Origin: Saccostrea cucullata | Taxonomy: Eukaryota | Reading direction: 5' to 3' | Length of the DNA: 64,000 nt | Assembly (NCBI RefSeq): GCF_032062105.1 | Contig: NW_026930981.1 | Location: forward strand, 186,001 to 250,000 | Part shown: positions 62,688 to 64,000 of the stretch, in pieces | Layout of the letters: every line of letters begins with the position of its first letter | Numbering within the stretch: position 1 is the first letter of the stretch | Program-made: the position numbers and the translations under genes | Notes under the pieces: model-generated | The model's database searches: none | What the model was told of the DNA's origin: nothing | What the model saw: only the letters and a program-made list of their open reading frames with translations

Positions 62688-63232
62688 CTGAAAGTAAGGA
62701 AAAGACATGAAACTGGACATTAACAACACAAAAACTAAACTAGTGAGGTGCCTTTAGGACAGTACTGTAGGTCTATGATGCTTGGTGTAGATATGCTTCA
62801 AAGTCAACAAGTTTAGTTTAATAAATTTGTATCACACGTAAAACTTTTTTTTGTCAACACATCCTTTCATGATCATGATGATGTGAAGAATTCTGGGTAT
62901 GATATGTCATTCAATCTTGAATGAAAAGTTACAGAACTGAATTCTACATGTACCTGCATCAAAAAAATACAGTACTGTCACGTGTTAATGAACTGTATGG
63001 TTAGTGATTTACCCTAGCGCCCGTGTCTGTAGTTTGTGTGCTTCATACACTCAGAGATACAAATAAACTGTGCAGAGTCTGTATTCCTATGAGATCATTT
63101 GTACTACTTTGCATTTAACAGTAAATATTTCATATTCAATTTTACCGTTTTATTAATCTGGCTGAGGTATGAAACAACAAACTCTTCCACATATACATCT
63201 GGGCTGTGCAAGGGGAGATCATCTCTACTTAC

Positions 63233-63302
63233 TATGAGTGCCAGCACACTGTGTGCCATTTTCTTTGAATTTCGTCAAAGTGAAATCAAAATCAGCTGTC
63301 AC
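63233..63302 (-). CDS. NT5C3: NT5C3 catalytic motif I exon, variant a (VTADFDFTLTKFKENGTQCAGTH); duplicated, probably mutually exclusive with variant b
   Basis: DFDxTL; 70 nt, phase 0/1; TTGTATCAG| and A|GTAAGT; no stop codons. Confidence 0.85.
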
Positions 63303-63470
63303 CTGATACAATAAAGCAATTTCTTATAGTCTTATACAGAGTCATAAAAATGGTCCTTCCATTCTCCCTTCTTTTCCACTGTAACATTTTAACAGTTACA
63401 ATATGGTTTAACAATGTCAAACAAGACTAAAAAAATTGATCAGTAAAACCCTATGAAGGATAAAACATAC

Positions 63471-63569
63471 CTGTAACTTGTCATGGCCATCTTTGATCAT
63501 ATTCTGAATCACTTCTGTGACATGATCAGGACGAGCTATCTTCACATGGGGTAACTTGAGCTCTGGTAT
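63471..63569 (-). CDS. NT5C3: NT5C3 exon (IPELKLPHVKIARPDHVTEVIQNMIKDGHDKLQ); start exon lies outside the window
   Basis: 99 nt, phase 0/0; G..KLQ immediately precedes motif I, as in cN-III proteins. Confidence 0.9.
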
Positions 63570-64000
63570 CTGAAATCAAAATGATGCTCATGATTACTTC
63601 TAATAAGCTTGATAGGTGCCAAACACTACATGTGCATGTATCTTTAACAGAAAGTCAAATCAAGTTTTGTTTGGCTAATGTTAAGCAATATATATGGCAA
63701 ATATTCACCACTGTATGCAAGATAGTATAAGTACAAACAGCTAAAACTCAGTCTCACAAGGAAATAATCTGAACTGATATTTATTGTTGAGTAATTCATG
63801 GCTAATTGTTCAATAATTTCCCTAGAAATTAAGCAGCTTTAAGATGATATACAACTCTATTCCACGTCAGGTGTTAAAAATATAATTGATTTACATTTGT
63901 TTTTCTATAAACATGAGAAAATAGTCTGTCCCTTTTTTAACCTGAAAGCAGGTGTCTGCTTACACAAACTTAGGAATGAATGACTACAAATATATGTACT

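Noticed and set aside
61975-62955. Possible third copies of the motif-I exon (YDFELT near 62000, VDFEAY near 62800, acceptor-like site at 62954)
   Set aside because: No DxD, no matching 70-nt exon with both splice sites, and in-frame stops or missing donors.

Overview
AT-rich, intron- and repeat-rich animal DNA. The repeat families (non-autonomous Helentron/HINE elements with internal satellites, mollusc-type tRNA SINEs, TA-flanked MITEs) point to a bivalve, most likely an oyster (inference). Two genes lie in tandem on the minus strand. (1) A cytosolic 5'-nucleotidase III gene (NT5C3): coding exons from 63569 down to the stop at 54474 splice in frame with canonical GT-AG sites, and the first exon lies beyond the window. 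The exon carrying the catalytic HAD motif I (DFDxTL) is present as two divergent 70-nt copies, which look like mutually exclusive exons. (2) The 5' region of a probable Ca2+/calmodulin-dependent phosphodiesterase (PDE1): at least three ATG-initiated alternative first coding exons (33012, 19280, 305) end in the same [IL]xGxxY[TI]I motif and a phase-1 GTAAG donor. The catalytic exons would lie left of base 1. An intact Ty1/copia (GalEa-like) retrotransposon sits in this intronic region. Its ends are unusual (5' LTR truncated, 3' LTR followed by 7 nt of PBS, no TSD) and resemble a captured reverse-transcription intermediate. Also present: a head-to-tail HINE dimer, HINE insertions abutting two consecutive splice acceptors, a minisatellite built from an exon end plus its splice donor, and several MITEs, SINEs and minisatellites. 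Everything was read by eye; family assignments rest on recalled motifs and need database confirmation.
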